Below, in pieces: positions 25,332 to 37,850 of a stretch of DNA of 64,000 nucleotides. Position numbers and translations under genes: made by a program. The DNA is from Anthoceros angustus (Eukaryota > Plantae > Anthocerotophyta), in assembly GCA_010909165.1 (NCBI GenBank), contig VJWM01000019.1, positions 744,001-808,000 of the forward strand, written 5' to 3'. Within the stretch, counting starts at the first letter, position 1. Each line of letters starts with the position of its first letter. A model generated the notes under the pieces. That model was given only the letters and a program-made list of their open reading frames with translations. It was not told the DNA's origin and ran no database searches.

Positions 25332-28300
25332 TTATGTGATCTGGATCACTCCCAACATTTGGAGCTCTGCCAACTGCGGTGTCAGTAACTTGGGCCTGTC
25401 TCCCAGGTCCAGCGTTTTGAGGGCCGGCAGCGAGGACAATCGGCTTGGGAGGTGATCCAGTGGCACGTCTTTTAGTTTCAGCTCTTCTAACTTCCTGAAG
25501 CAGGGAAAACTAGTTAGCCGACGAGAGCTGTCTGCTTTCTCTGCCCAACTGTCACCATCCACAGTGCCCGGAATCTGACTCATCCCAGGACAGTCTTCAG
25601 CTGCATCTGTTTTACATGAATCGAAGACCAAGCAAGCGTCAGGAATGCAGTCGTCAAGGCTTTTCATTCCTGTGCACCGACTGAGGTCAAGGTGCCCAAG
25701 GTTGGGGAGGCTGGATAGAGAAGTAGGTAGCCTTCGGAGGCTACTACAGCCAGAGAGTTTTAGTTGCGAGAGCATTTCAAAGGCACCTTTCCCAATCGGA
25801 GGAAACTCCTCCAGCCGATTGCAATCTTCCATCCAGAGTTCCTGCCAAGCGCGGATGTACAGCTTGTCAAGCAGCTCTTCTACTTCAAGTTTTTCTGTTC
25901 CATGTGAAAGTATAGCTTCGAACATTGTGAAGAAGAAATCAAAACCACCCGGCATAGCATCGTACCTGCAACGCTGGAAATGCGCCCTCGCATGCAAATT
26001 TCGACGGAAGCTCTGAAATTCCCTTGCAGTCATTCAGGTACAGTCTCTGAAGGCGTGGAAGCTTGTGGAGATCAGGAAGGGATGTCAAGCCTGAGCACCG
26101 TCTCAGGTCCAGGGTAACAAGTTGTGTGAGGGAAGGCATCCAGCGGGGTAAGGACACAAGTGCCCTACAGAAACTGACATCTAAGATCTGAAGTTGGTGG
26201 ACAATGCTGGTTTCTAGCTCATCAGGTAGAGAAATGAGTGACTCGAAACTGACTTTCAGCACCTGAAGATTATCTAAACATGACATTCTTGCTGGTAAGG
26301 ATTCGTGTCTTGCGCTTTCTATGCGAAGGTCAGTGAGGCGGGACAAAGAGCAAAGACTATCAAGAGCGGCTATACGCTGTCGAGGGATCAAAGGTAACTT
26401 GATTTTACTGCGTGTTCGCCTCAAGACTGGGCCTGTAACTGAAGGAACGAAGTCGGGTTAGCAACTCAAAATTAATAGAATATCACAGAGACTAAGGACT
26501 CGCGAACTTAATAAAACTCAAGCATGGAAAGAAACACAAGACAGAGTACTGTTGTCCATGGCAAGTTCCAAGGAAATCGTACCTTTCTCCTCCCAAAACC
26601 CACGGCAACCTGCTGTGTTAAGGGATCGCAGGCTTTTGAGATAGGAAACCTCGAAAGAAAGAGGTTCCAGGCCTGAGCAGCCCTGTAAACTAAGAAACTT
26701 AAGGTTTCTCAGCTTTTTAAACGAGCTGGGCAGCTTGCGCAAGGAGGTGTTTGCTGACAAATCCAGATGACACAGATTGACAAGATCTCCGATGCTGCTC
26801 GGTAGTGTCTCAAGGTTGGTTCGACTGAGGTCCAGCACCTGCAATTCAGGAAAGCCCTCGAGGAAACCTAAACCACAAAGGACGTACACAAAGACTGTTT
26901 CAGAACAGAGCAACTCCGAGTCAAACGGCAGACACGACTTGAAAAGACGGACGTACTAACTTGGTGGAATTGCCTTTAGTGGCTTATTCTTTCTCAGAAG
27001 CAAAACTTTCAAGTTGGGTGCTCGGAGCCTGGATGGAAGTGCTTTCAAGGAGTTGTCAACAAGCGATATCCGAGTTGCTGCAAGTACCAGCTTTTTGCTG
27101 GAATTCCGGTTTCTGCTGTCCCCTGCTTCCTTGATGTCTGTTGACCATGGAAAACTAGCAAGCCCCTTCCCGGCTTTGAATAGGCATTCCTGTGGGTCAA
27201 CCAAATATACCTTCTTGAGGTCGCCAATCCTCTACCAAGTACGAGGGCAAATCAAAAAGGCGAAAAATTACTCACGTAGGCATAGACGTTGCTTTTCAAC
27301 TGCAGGGTGTAGAGAGCAAAATCACGCAAGACATCGTGTATTTGACACCACTGCATCTTCATATACCTGTTACTTTGGTATGACAGATCTATAAGAGATC
27401 TTCCAATAAGTACTCCCAGAAGAAAATAGGCATCAGGCATGAGGTCATTGTACTCATTCGCCTGCAGTAGACCCTCGCCAGCCCACAGATCGACAAGGTA
27501 CTCCACTTTCACAACTTCATCCTCCGGGAAGGCGGCGAAATACAGGAAACATTTCTGTAACCGGGGATCTATTGGAATCAAGGCGTCATAGCTCAGCTGG
27601 ACTCGCTGATATAGGAGAAGCTCATGATCCTGATTCAGTATCTCTGCCTCCCGAAGTTTGCTCAGGGCTCTTTGCCATTGCTCTTCAGACTTCTGAGAGG
27701 CCAGAGCTCGGGCTACAACTTTCAGAGCCAGTGGCAGTCCTTTGCACTCACTAACCACCTCCTTGACCTGCACAACAAAACACAGTGTGTCAAGTGGCCA
27801 TTCGATAAGACATCCAGACTTACACAAATATAACTATGCTGAGATAATCAAGGTAGAAGTGATTACGAGACTCTGAAACGACTTCGACCCAGCCCGTTTA
27901 TCGGCTCCACCAAATGCATGCTGGCAAAATAGCTTCCAACTATCAACATCACTGAGCTTCTGCATTCTGATAGTTGCCTCGTCAGCTGCGTGGACCCTCT
28001 CTAGGACCTGCCTTAAATACGCACAGAGAAAGTAACACAGTCATGTTTTGTCCATGTATGAGATGTAAAAGCTGACAGAACTTCAGAGAGAAGTGAGACT
28101 CACATCCAGATTGCGAGTAGTCACAAGAATTCGACTCCCCAGTTCTTCCCTTGAAACGACGTCCATCCACTCCAGAATTGGCCTTCCATCATCCTCCCAG
28201 ACATCATCAAGGACCAACAAAAACTTCCTTCCCCTTAACGCATTGCGGAGGTTCTTTTTGTAATCCTCTTTAGTAGAGACCGCAACCTGGATTCCTATCT

Positions 28301-29474
28301 TCTCACAGAGCTTAACCTGTAGTCTTTCAACCGATGGCTCTCTCCCGACCGTCAGCCAGAAAGTCATGCCAGCAAAATAATTGTGAACTCTAGGATTGTT
28401 CTTAACCCTCTGAGCAAGCAACGTCTTCCCAATCCCTCCCTTGCCCCATATGCCCACCCACTGCGACCCATTTTCACCTGACAGCAAGAATCCCAGCAGA
28501 CGCTTCATGGCATCATCTGTTCCGAAGACGAAATCTGGCTCCGGCTCCAGGTCCTGACCAGAAGCAAATGAGTGTCTGCCGGTTTCAAAACTTCTGGCAG
28601 AGCTCTTTCTTACAGAGCCTGCACTCACCCCTTCACTCACGAGACTTAGCTCTTGTATGCCATCATTCCTGCCTGGTGACGGACTAAAGCTCCTTCGTTG
28701 AGAGGAGATGGAATCCCTTGAAAGTTGCCTCCCCGATATCCTCCTACCCTCAACCTGCAAGGCGCTTGTCAGGCTATCCGTTCTGCTTTTGATCTCGTTG
28801 AAAACAGTTTCTTGGTTCATCTGGCCTCCTTGCAAACAGCACTCCCTGGTTATGACGGAAAGCTCCAAACGACTCAGCTGCATCGACAGCTCTTGCATAG
28901 ACACCTCCATTGCCCCCAGCTTCGCCAGGGTTGCCAAGGGAGCGTGTTCTCCAGCTAGCTCCTTTATCCGCATGGTTATATTCAGAATTGACTTCGACAT
29001 CTTGTAGCTGGCCAGCATGTTGAGGTTCCGCGTCTCCTGGTTGCATTCGTGTAGCAGCTCCACGGCTTCCTGCAGCAATTCCTCCAACTGTGCCAGCCAG
29101 TCCATCACAGCCTGGGACGACGCTGCCCATTGGAAGGGAAGCAATGAGGCCAAACGTAGAGTGCAGTCCACGCGTCAGTGCCGACTCTCCCACAATACCA
29201 GTCCACCCCACAGCAGCACAAACTTGAGCACGCACTTCAGAGCAGGGTAGCACATACTGCGGCCATGAAGAGAAGAATCCGAGCCCGATGAATAGCCACG
29301 GGACGAGCCTGCCTCCATGTCCGACACCAGCGGCTTGATGCTCTGTAGCAGCACCTCCAGATTCTTCCGATACTTGGGGCAATTCTTAGCCAGCTTCACG
29401 GTCTTTATTGCCTGATCCAACAGCTTTGCCACTGCATATCCGACCACACCGGCCACAAATCCTGGATCGCCCAT
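25332..29474 (-). CDS. NLR immune receptor: RPW8/CC-like N-terminal domain, NB-ARC and LRR; multi-exon, apparently intact
   Basis: Start MGDPGFVAGVVGYAVAKLL. P-loop GIWGKGGIGKT; kinase-2 FLLVLDDVW; RNBS-B GSRILVTTRN; RNBS-C SWKLFCQHAF; CKGLPLAL; RNBS-D CFLYFAAFPED; MHD-type IHDVLRD. LxxLxLxx repeats run to the stop at 25332. GT-AG junctions join the ORF pieces checked. Confidence 0.93.
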
Positions 29475-29879
29475 CGCCCCCAATGGATGCAAACATCCTT
29501 CAGCATACACCCATCCAGCTCAGGTTGTCCGATCATGGACCTGCACCTCGCATTTGCATCTTATGCTCCTGCTGATCCCCATCCGCAGGCTCCCGTTCGG
29601 AACCAGCGGACGTCCTTTTGGGCCCAGTGCGAGGCCGACAGATTCTGGTTTGTCCCTTCGACCATCCACCCGTCGTCACGCGTGTTCGTCGGAAAGTGTC
29701 GGCATTGGAAGACAGAATCCGTCCGTCGCTGCCCATCTGAACAAACGGGGGACGTTGATTCCCGTACAAGCTCGTTTCGTATTTATCTACGCTATCATCC
29801 GTAATCCCAATGCCACAGCCTGCTACGGCATGCATGAGGTTGGTGGATCGAGTCGAGAATCGCTCCTGTTTACAATCAA
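29475..29879. promoter_or_regulatory. Candidate bidirectional promoter between the NLR and PPR genes
   Basis: Divergent start codons about 400 nt apart. Inferred from geometry only. Confidence 0.45.
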
Positions 29880-32800
29880 ATGCTCAGCGATGGGCTGGGG
29901 GATCTTGCATCCATAGGCTCAGTGCGAGCTCCTGCGATGGCTGTTGTGGGCGTTTCAGTTGTTTTCACGCTTGAAAGAAAGGCAGGCTGTTCAGGAGGAT
30001 ATTCGTCTCAATCTGTCAGTGGAGGTCGTCGGCACAGGCAGTTTCAGGAGGTCCTCTGGTTGAATAACTTCTGCAAGCCAGCTCGGGTTGATGTTCAGCT
30101 TGCTGGGTTGGATGTGGAGATGGGTCATGATCCTGACCCTCTCAGGCCTGCAGGTTACGATAAGGGTGTGACGGCTGAAAGTGTGCAAGAGCTGTGTCAT
30201 GACGGACAGCTGAGGGAGGCTGTTGAGGCTTTGGGAGTTTTGGTGCGGACGGAGTGTTTTGTTTCCAGAGCCTTGTTGTACGCTGTTTTGAAGACTTGTG
30301 TGTTGAAGAAGGATCTTGTTCTGGGTCGGCGCGTGCATGCATTCACGGTGAGGAAGGGGTACCAGTCAGACACGTTCCTGGGCAACCACATCGTGCGGAT
30401 GTATGCTGCCCATGGCAGGTTGCAAGACGCGATGGATGTGTTTCAAAGGGTTGCCAAACCTGATGCATTCACGTGGTCTGCCATTATATCTGCGCATGTT
30501 AAACATGGACAGGAGAAGCAGGCTATAGAATTGTATCGTTGGATGCGGAGGTCGAGTGTGAAGCTAGACGGTCATGTGATAGTGGCAGCTCTGCAGGCTT
30601 GTGCAAAGGCGTCGGACTTGGAAACTGGGCAAGAGGTGCATGCTGATGTGTTGGCCGGCGGGGTTGAGCGTGACTTATTTGTCTGTAATGGCTTGGTGAA
30701 CATGTATGCAAAGTGTGGCAGCTTAGAAGATGCTCAGAGAGTGTTCGATGGACTTGATCACAAAGATGTGGTCACGTGGACTGCTCTAATTGCTGGGTAT
30801 TCCAAGAAGGGCATGGGGCAGGACGCGCTTTGTCTGTACAGTGCTATGCAGGAAGAAGGCATTGCTGTACCCAATTCTGCGACGTTTGCATGTCTCCTGC
30901 AGGCGTGTGCAAGTATGGGCACCCCCGGTTTGGAGATGGGGAAGCAGTTTCATGAGGAAATTAGAGAGCGAGGATATCAAAACGATGTCTTTGTGGCCAG
31001 CAGTTTGGTGAACATGTATGCAAAGTGTGGCAGCCTGGAAGATGCTCAGAGGGTTTTCGATGGACTTGGCCAGAAAGAGGTTGTGACTTGGACTGCTCTG
31101 ATTGCAGGTTATTCTCAGCAGGGCAGGGGACAAGAAGCCATTCATCTTTACAGTGTCATGCAAGAAGAGGGCATGGCTGTACCCAATTCAGTGACATTTG
31201 TGTGTCTACTGCAGGCGTGTGCAACTGTGGGCACCCCAGCATTGGAGATGGGGAAGCAGCTTCATGGGCAAATAAGAGACCAAGGACGTCAAGCAGATGT
31301 GTTTGTGGCTAGTAGTTTGGTGAACATGTATGCAAAATGTGGCAGCTTAGAAGATGCTCAGAAAGTGTTTGATGGACTTGGTCAGAAGGATGATGTGACA
31401 TGGACTGCTCTAATCGCAGGGTATTCCCAGCAGGGCATGGGACAGGAAGCTCTTCGTCTCTACAGTGCTATGCAAGAAGAAAATATCGCTGTACCCAATT
31501 CTGTGACATTTGTGTGCCTCCTGCAGGCATGCGCAAGTGTGGGCACCACAGCGTTGGAGATGGGGAAGCAGCTTCATGCGCAAATTGGAGAACATGGACA
31601 TCAAGCTAATTCGTTTTTGGCCAACAGTTTGGTGAACATGTATGCAAAGTGTGGCAGCTTGGAAGATGCTCAGAGAGTGTTTGATGGACTTGGTAAAAAG
31701 GATGTAGTCACGTGGAATGTCATGATAGCAGGATATTCCCAGCGGGGGATGGGCCTCGAAGCCCTTCATCTCTACAGTGCTATGCAAGAAGAAGGTATAA
31801 CGGTACCTGATTCTGTTTCCTTTGTGTCCTTGCTGCAGGCTTGTGCGAGTGTGGGCAATGCGGCTTTGGAGAAGGGAAAGCAGCTTCATGCGCGAATTAG
31901 AGAACAAGGACACGAAGCTGATGTGTTTGTGGCCAACAGTTTGGTAAACATGTATGCAAAGTGTGGCAGCCTAGAATGTGCTCAGCAAGTGTTTGACAGA
32001 CTTGATGACAAGGATGTGGTTACGTGGACTGCTCTAATTGCAGGGTATTCCCAGCAGAGCATGGGGCAGGAAGCCCTCCGTCTTTACAAGGTTATGCAAG
32101 AAGGTGGGATTACTGTACCCAATTCCATGACATTTTCATGCCTGCTGCAGGCATGTGCAAGTGTGGGCACCACAGCACTGGAGATGGGGAAACAGCTCCA
32201 TGTGCAAATTAGAGAACAAGGACATGAAGCTGATGTGTTTACAGCCAGCAGTTTGGTAAACATGTATGCAAAGTGTGGCAGCTTGGAAGATGCTCAGAGT
32301 GTGTTTGATGGACTTGGTGAAAAAGATCTGGTGCTTTGGACTACTCTAATTGCGGGGTATTCCCAGCAGGGGATGGGCCAGGAAGCCCTTCATCTCCACA
32401 GTCTCATGCAAGATGAGGGCATGGTTGTACCCAATTCTGTGACATTTGTTTGCCTTCTGCAGGCATGTTCAATTGTGGGCACCCGGGCTTTAGAGAAGGG
32501 GAAGCAGCTTCATACAGAGATCAGTGAACGTGGACTTCAAGCTCATGTATTTGTAGCCAGCAGTTTGGTGAACATGTATGCCAAGTGTGGAAGCTTAGAA
32601 GATGCTCGGATTGTGTTTGACGGACTTGATCAAAAGGATGTGGTAACGTGGAATGCCATGATAGCAGGATATTCTCAGCAGGGCATGGGGCAGGAAGCCC
32701 TTGGTCTCTATGCTTCTATGCATGAAGGCGGCATCACTGTACCCGATTCTGTGACTTTTGTGACCCTCCTGCAGGCCTGTGCAAGTGTGGGCCTCCCAGC

Positions 32801-35251
32801 TCTGGAAAATGGAAAGTTCCTTCATTCGCAAATTAGAGAACTAGGATATGAATCTGATGTTTTTGTCAGCAGCAGCTTGGTGAACATGTACGCCAAGTGT
32901 GGCAGCTTAGAAGATGCTCAGAGAGTGTTTGACGGCCTCAGTGAAAAGGGCGTGGTGACATGGAACGCCCTGATAGCAGGGTACTCACATCAGGGCATGG
33001 GCCAGGAAGCCCTTCATCTCTACAGTTCTATGCAAGAAGATGGCATAGCTGTACTCGATTCTGTGACATTTGTGTGCCTCCTGCAGGCGTGTGCAAGTGT
33101 GGCAGCCCAGCTTTGGAGAAGGGAAGCAGCTTCATACAGAGATCAGTGAACGTGGACTTCAAGCTCATGTATTTGTAGCCAGCAGTTTGGTGAACATGTA
33201 TGCCAAGTGTGGAAGCTTAGAAGATGCTCGGATTGTGTTTGACGGACTTGATCAAAAGGATGTGGTAACGTGGAATGCCATGATAGCAGGATATTCTCAG
33301 CAGGGCATGGGGCAGGAAGCCCTTGGTCTCTATGCTTCTATGCATGAAGGCGGCATCACTGTACCCGATTCTGTGACTTTTGTGACCCTCCTGCAGGCCT
33401 GTGCAAGTGTGGGCCTCCCAGCTCTGGAAAATGGAAAGTTCCTTCATTCGCAAATTAGAGAACTAGGATATGAATCTGATGTTTTTGTCAGCAGCAGCTT
33501 GGTGAACATGTACGCCAAGTGTGGCAGCCTTAAAGATGCTCAGAGAGTGTTTGACGGCCTCAGTGAAAAGGGCGTGGTGACATGGAACGCCCTGATAGCA
33601 GGGTACTCACATCAGGGCATGGGCCAGGAAGCCCTTCATCTCTACAGTTCTATGCAAGAAGATGGCATAGCTGTACTCGATTCTGTGACATTTGTGTGCC
33701 TCCTGCAGGCGTGTGCAAGTGTGGGCAGCCCAGCTTTGGAGAAGGGTAAGCAATTTCATGCCCAGATAAGAGAGGAAGGACATGAAGCGGATTCCTTTGT
33801 ATCCTGTAGTTTAGTGAACATGTATGCAAAGTGTGGCAGCTTGGAACATGCCCAGAGACTGTTTGCTGAACTTGGTCAAAAGGATGTGGTGACTATGAAC
33901 GCCATGATAGCAGGATATGCCCAGCAGGGCATGCTGCAAAAAGCCCTTAGTCTTTACAGTGCTATGCAAGACGAGGGCATCGTTGTGCCTGATTCCGTGA
34001 CATTTGTGTGCCTCCTGCAGGCATGTGCAAGTGTGGGCACCCAAGCTTTGGAGAAAGGAAAACAGCTTCACGCACGAATTAGAGAACAAGGACATGAAGC
34101 TGATCTGCTTGTAGGCAGCAGTTTGGTGAACATGTATGCAAAGTGTGGCAGCTTGGAAGACGCACAGAGAGCATTCGACAGACTTGGTGAAAAGAGTGTG
34201 GTAACATGGAACAGCATGATAGCAGGGTATTCTCAGCAGGGCATGGGACAGGAAGCCCTTCGTCTGTACAATTCTATGCAAGAAGAGGGCAGGGCTGTAC
34301 CCGATTCCGTGACATTTTTGTGCCTCCTGCAGGCATGTGCTAATGTGGCAGCTTTGCATCTGGGAAGGCAGCTGCATGTACAGATCGAAGAACTAGGACT
34401 AGAAGCTGATGTATTTCTAGCGCACAGTTTGATAAACATGTATGGGAAGTCAGGAAGCATGGTTGATGCACAGAGGGTGTTTGACGCGTTGTATGAAAGA
34501 GATGTTGTCGCCTGGAATGCCCTCATTGCAGGCTATACCTGTCAAGGAAACAGCGAAGTGGTCTTCGACCTGGTCCACAGAATGGAAGACGACGGCATAC
34601 AGCCAGTCAGTGTCACATTTCTCAGTGTCTTGACAGTATGCAGCCATGCAGGTCTCTTGAATAAGGGGCGTGAATACTTCGATTCTATGAGCAGACAGTA
34701 TGGCATCACTCCCACGGCGCACCACATCACTTGCATGGTGGATCTTCTGGGTCGTGCGGGACAAGTGGAGGAGGCACTAGCTGTGGTAAGGACTATGCCT
34801 GTACTGCCTGACGCCGCTGTTTGGCACACTCTTCTGAGTGCTTGTCGAAAGTGGAGCAATGTGGAGGTGGGACGCCATGCTTTTGACCAAGTAGTGAAGC
34901 TAGACAAGAAAAATGCTGCAGCATATGTGTTGATGGCAAACATTTACACTGGTGCCCAAATGCGAGAGCAGGCACAGACAATACAGGCAAGGAGAGTAAG
35001 ACTCAGGGCATCGAAGCAGCCCGGTCAGAGCTGGTGGACAGACAAGGACGGACTGGTGCATAGTTTTTTGGTTGGTGACGAGGAATATCCCCAGAATCCG
35101 GCAAGGCGGAAACAGGTAAAGCTTAAAACCTAAGACAAAAGGGTATGTACCACATCTGACCTCGCCGCCGGACATAGCTGATGGTAGAAAGGGCGATGGT
35201 TTGTGTGGGCGGAGCGAGAAGCTGGCTATCGGATATCCCTTCAAGCTGTGA
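29880..35251 (+). CDS. Very long intronless PLS-class PPR protein (14 repeat triplets) with E/E+ domain, WW-type box and degenerate DYW; frameshifts near 33110 and 35120
   Basis: Repeating 104-aa triplet (VFVASSLVNMYAKCGSLEDA / VVTW[TN]A[LM]IAGYSQQG / SVTFVCLLQAC); E domain AAVWHTLLSACRKW; KQPGQSWWTDKDGLVHSFLVGD. The N-terminus could be an organellar transit peptide. Confidence 0.95.
32490..33733 (+). repeat. Near-identical 622-bp tandem duplication within the PPR gene
   Basis: Identical antisense ORFs at 32595-32831 and 33217-33453 (offset 622 = 624 - 2). Two single-G losses at the junction (~33110-33122). Confidence 0.92.
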
Positions 35252-35898
35252 TACATTGGTACAATTCCATTGCACTGCATTTCCATATCCCTCCAGGTAT
35301 GCATAAACACCTCACACACAAGTAGTTGCATCATCCAGACTTAGGTGACAAAGCGCATACAAAAAGCAAAGGACGGAAGGTTTTCGTCTTTCCCTTGAGT
35401 TCACGAATGCTAACCTGGCCTAGGTCATCACGTGTCATAACTACAGCACGCCGCAGCCAGAGGAGTCTGAGAGCAACAGTTCCCAACCCAGTTTCAAGAA
35501 TCTTTTCCTAGTACGGTAGCCAATGTCAGGCTCGTTTGTGGCAGGACCAGCCTGGCGGACGGCGGACAGCGCTTCTTCCTTTTATTGCCAACCTTCCATC
35601 ACGACAGCCCTTGGTGCTGGAAAGGTTGGCATGCTCCAGCTTAGGATGTGCAAGTAGAGTGTTCAAGCGCTCCATTTTTGCATGCCCCCATTCCATTCCA
35701 CGGTGCAGCGCCAGCCTGGCCCATGGGCGGTCGCGAGCCCGCGCTTCGGTTTTCCCGTCGCGATAACAGCCCCTGCGTTGTCGGTTTTGTTTGCGAGAAG
35801 GCTATAAACGCAGTGACAGCAGCAGCAATTGCAATTCCAGCTCTGAAGGTTCGCCAAACAAGTGCAGCATTCAGTGCATCGCAATTGCATCGTCGGCG

Positions 35899-36342
35899 AT
35901 GGGCTCCACTCTTCTCGTTGCAGCGGTTCTTTCGCAGCTATGCTTGCACCGGCAATCGCGGACAGTGACCAGCCAGCCGGGTCCTGGTTGTATGCCTGGG
36001 ACGGATGGCAGGAGGAGGGATTCACCATGACCATCGAGAACGTACGCAGACGATTCGTTCTCGCTGCAATTCCAGGCTGACTGCAACCTTGTGCTGAACC
36101 GCAACGACCAAGCGTACTGGGCCAGCGGAACCAACAACTTCGGCCAGTACATATGCTACCTGGTGTTGGGGCGCGACGGGAACCTGGTCATTTACGGAGA
36201 CCGCAGTAGGGTGCTGTGGGAATCCAATTCATCCCAGGTGGACTGGCCGGATTACTATGCCCAGATCGAACTTGACGGCAATCTGGTGATCTACAATGAA
36301 GCCGGCTCCCTCGTCTGGGCCACGCACACCAACTGGTGGTAG
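35899..36342 (+). pseudogene. Secreted bulb-type (GNA/B-type) mannose-binding lectin with two 1-nt frameshifts
   Basis: Correcting -1 in the T-run at ~35930 and +1 at ~36072 gives the signal peptide MGSTLLVAAVLFAAMLAPAIA, then QADCNLVL, GRDGNLVIY, ELDGNLVIY...LVWAT. Confidence 0.85.
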
Positions 36343-36569
36343 TGTTAGCAACCTGGCATCCCCAATCCAATCCCATAAAGAAGCACGGTTGCGTGTTCTG
36401 TCCAGAGTTTAGGCAAGGATTGCTTCACCAAATGTAAGGCACGTACATACACACGTTAAGACGTAGGTATGTACATGCCCCTGCGACGTAGGGATTTCTT
36501 TTTAGTGGATACGAGGTGAAGAAAAAATGGCAGAAGAAGGAGAAGAAGCATATTAAAGTTCACTAAGGA

Positions 36570-36605
36570 CCCTAAACCATAAAATCCTAAACTCTAAACT
36601 CTAAG
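36570..36605. repeat. Degenerate telomere-like (CCCTAAA-related) repeats
   Basis: CCTAAACCATAAAATCCTAAACTCTAAACTCTAAG. Similar short runs at ~14512-14525 and ~63196-63220. Confidence 0.5.
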
Positions 36606-37018
36606 AATTCTCGTCATGGGACTCATATAAGAGAAACACATAAAAGCATTGAAGTTTAGCTGCTATTCTGAACTTGACCTAAATACTAGTGGTGTGAAGT
36701 ATATCAAGTATATGGCAGGTTGAAAAGTTGGACATACTCTATTATGAAAGCCCACATTTATTTCAAGCAAACACCTGTAAGAATAGCGACAGGAAAAGAG
36801 AAGAAACTTTGGAGCAAAGATCGAGCTGCTATGAATAATTTGGCAAAATCATTCCTGATATTTTCATAGATGGGGCAGAAGAAAAGATAGTATTTCTCAG
36901 TATCAACTTCCCTAATGCATAACCTGCATATTATGGTCTCCTTAGGTGGACTTGGGGATAACCATCAGTCTCAATTCTGAGACGATTAGACCCCACACGA
37001 AAATGACTGATAATCATT

Positions 37019-37850
37019 CTAAGGTTGAAGGACACATGGTTGCAAAGATAGAGTGGAAGCAAGGGTCTCCCAAACTTGTAGAGAATACAAAAAAATTGTT
37101 TGTAAGTCTAGCCTCCTCCTTCCAATAGGTCCATTCGCAATGAATTGCAATCCACCTATCTCTCCTAGACCTGGTCTTAGGAAGAGGGGGTGGACCGGAA
37201 GACTTTCGGAATATAAGCCAAGGTTTTCGAGCCAAGCCGAGGACTGGACATACCAGCCAGTCTTACTACCTAAAGAGGCTAACTTCCGAGAGGGTTGGAA
37301 AGCAAGGAGGAGGTATGGGGCAATGGAGGTGGGGTAGGTGGATTGAGCTTCCTCTAAAGAATAGAGCCGGTACAGGAAGTTAGTTAGACGAAACAAACCC
37401 TCAAGTTCAAGCAGGAAAGTGGCAAACTCTGCAAGAAAGGTTGCAAGGAGGACAGACTTCTTACAGACGATATGTGGCCGAAGATTTAGGATGTCTAAAC
37501 TTGTTCCACCTTGCTCCAATCATCTTGTGAATGATATGGGCCCCAAAACTTCGCAGCATACATAACGGAGGGAACAACAACTATGTTGAATAGCCATTGC
37601 TGAGTGGGGATGTCCTTGATGTGCATCGTAGAGCATTGCCTCCGAACCCCACATGCTAATGCCACACCCTTGACAATGCAATTGGTAGCAGATAGTTTCC
37701 ACTGAAATCTCAGGCCATAGAGAGTTGTACCCAGGTAGACATAAGACCTAACAATATCAACGGGCTGGTCATTATAGAAGAATTGCAAATTGTAATCAAT
37801 TGGGTCCAACATGTTGAAGAACATCACCTTGGTCTTCTTCAAGTTCACCT
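37019..37850 (-). mobile_element. 5'-truncated non-LTR (LINE) retrotransposon: C-terminal part of RT/ORF2
   Basis: NLKKTKVMFFN...VDIVRSYVYLG...LFNIVVVPSVMYAAKFWG is the typical end of a LINE RT and thumb. Frameshifted downstream. Confidence 0.8.
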
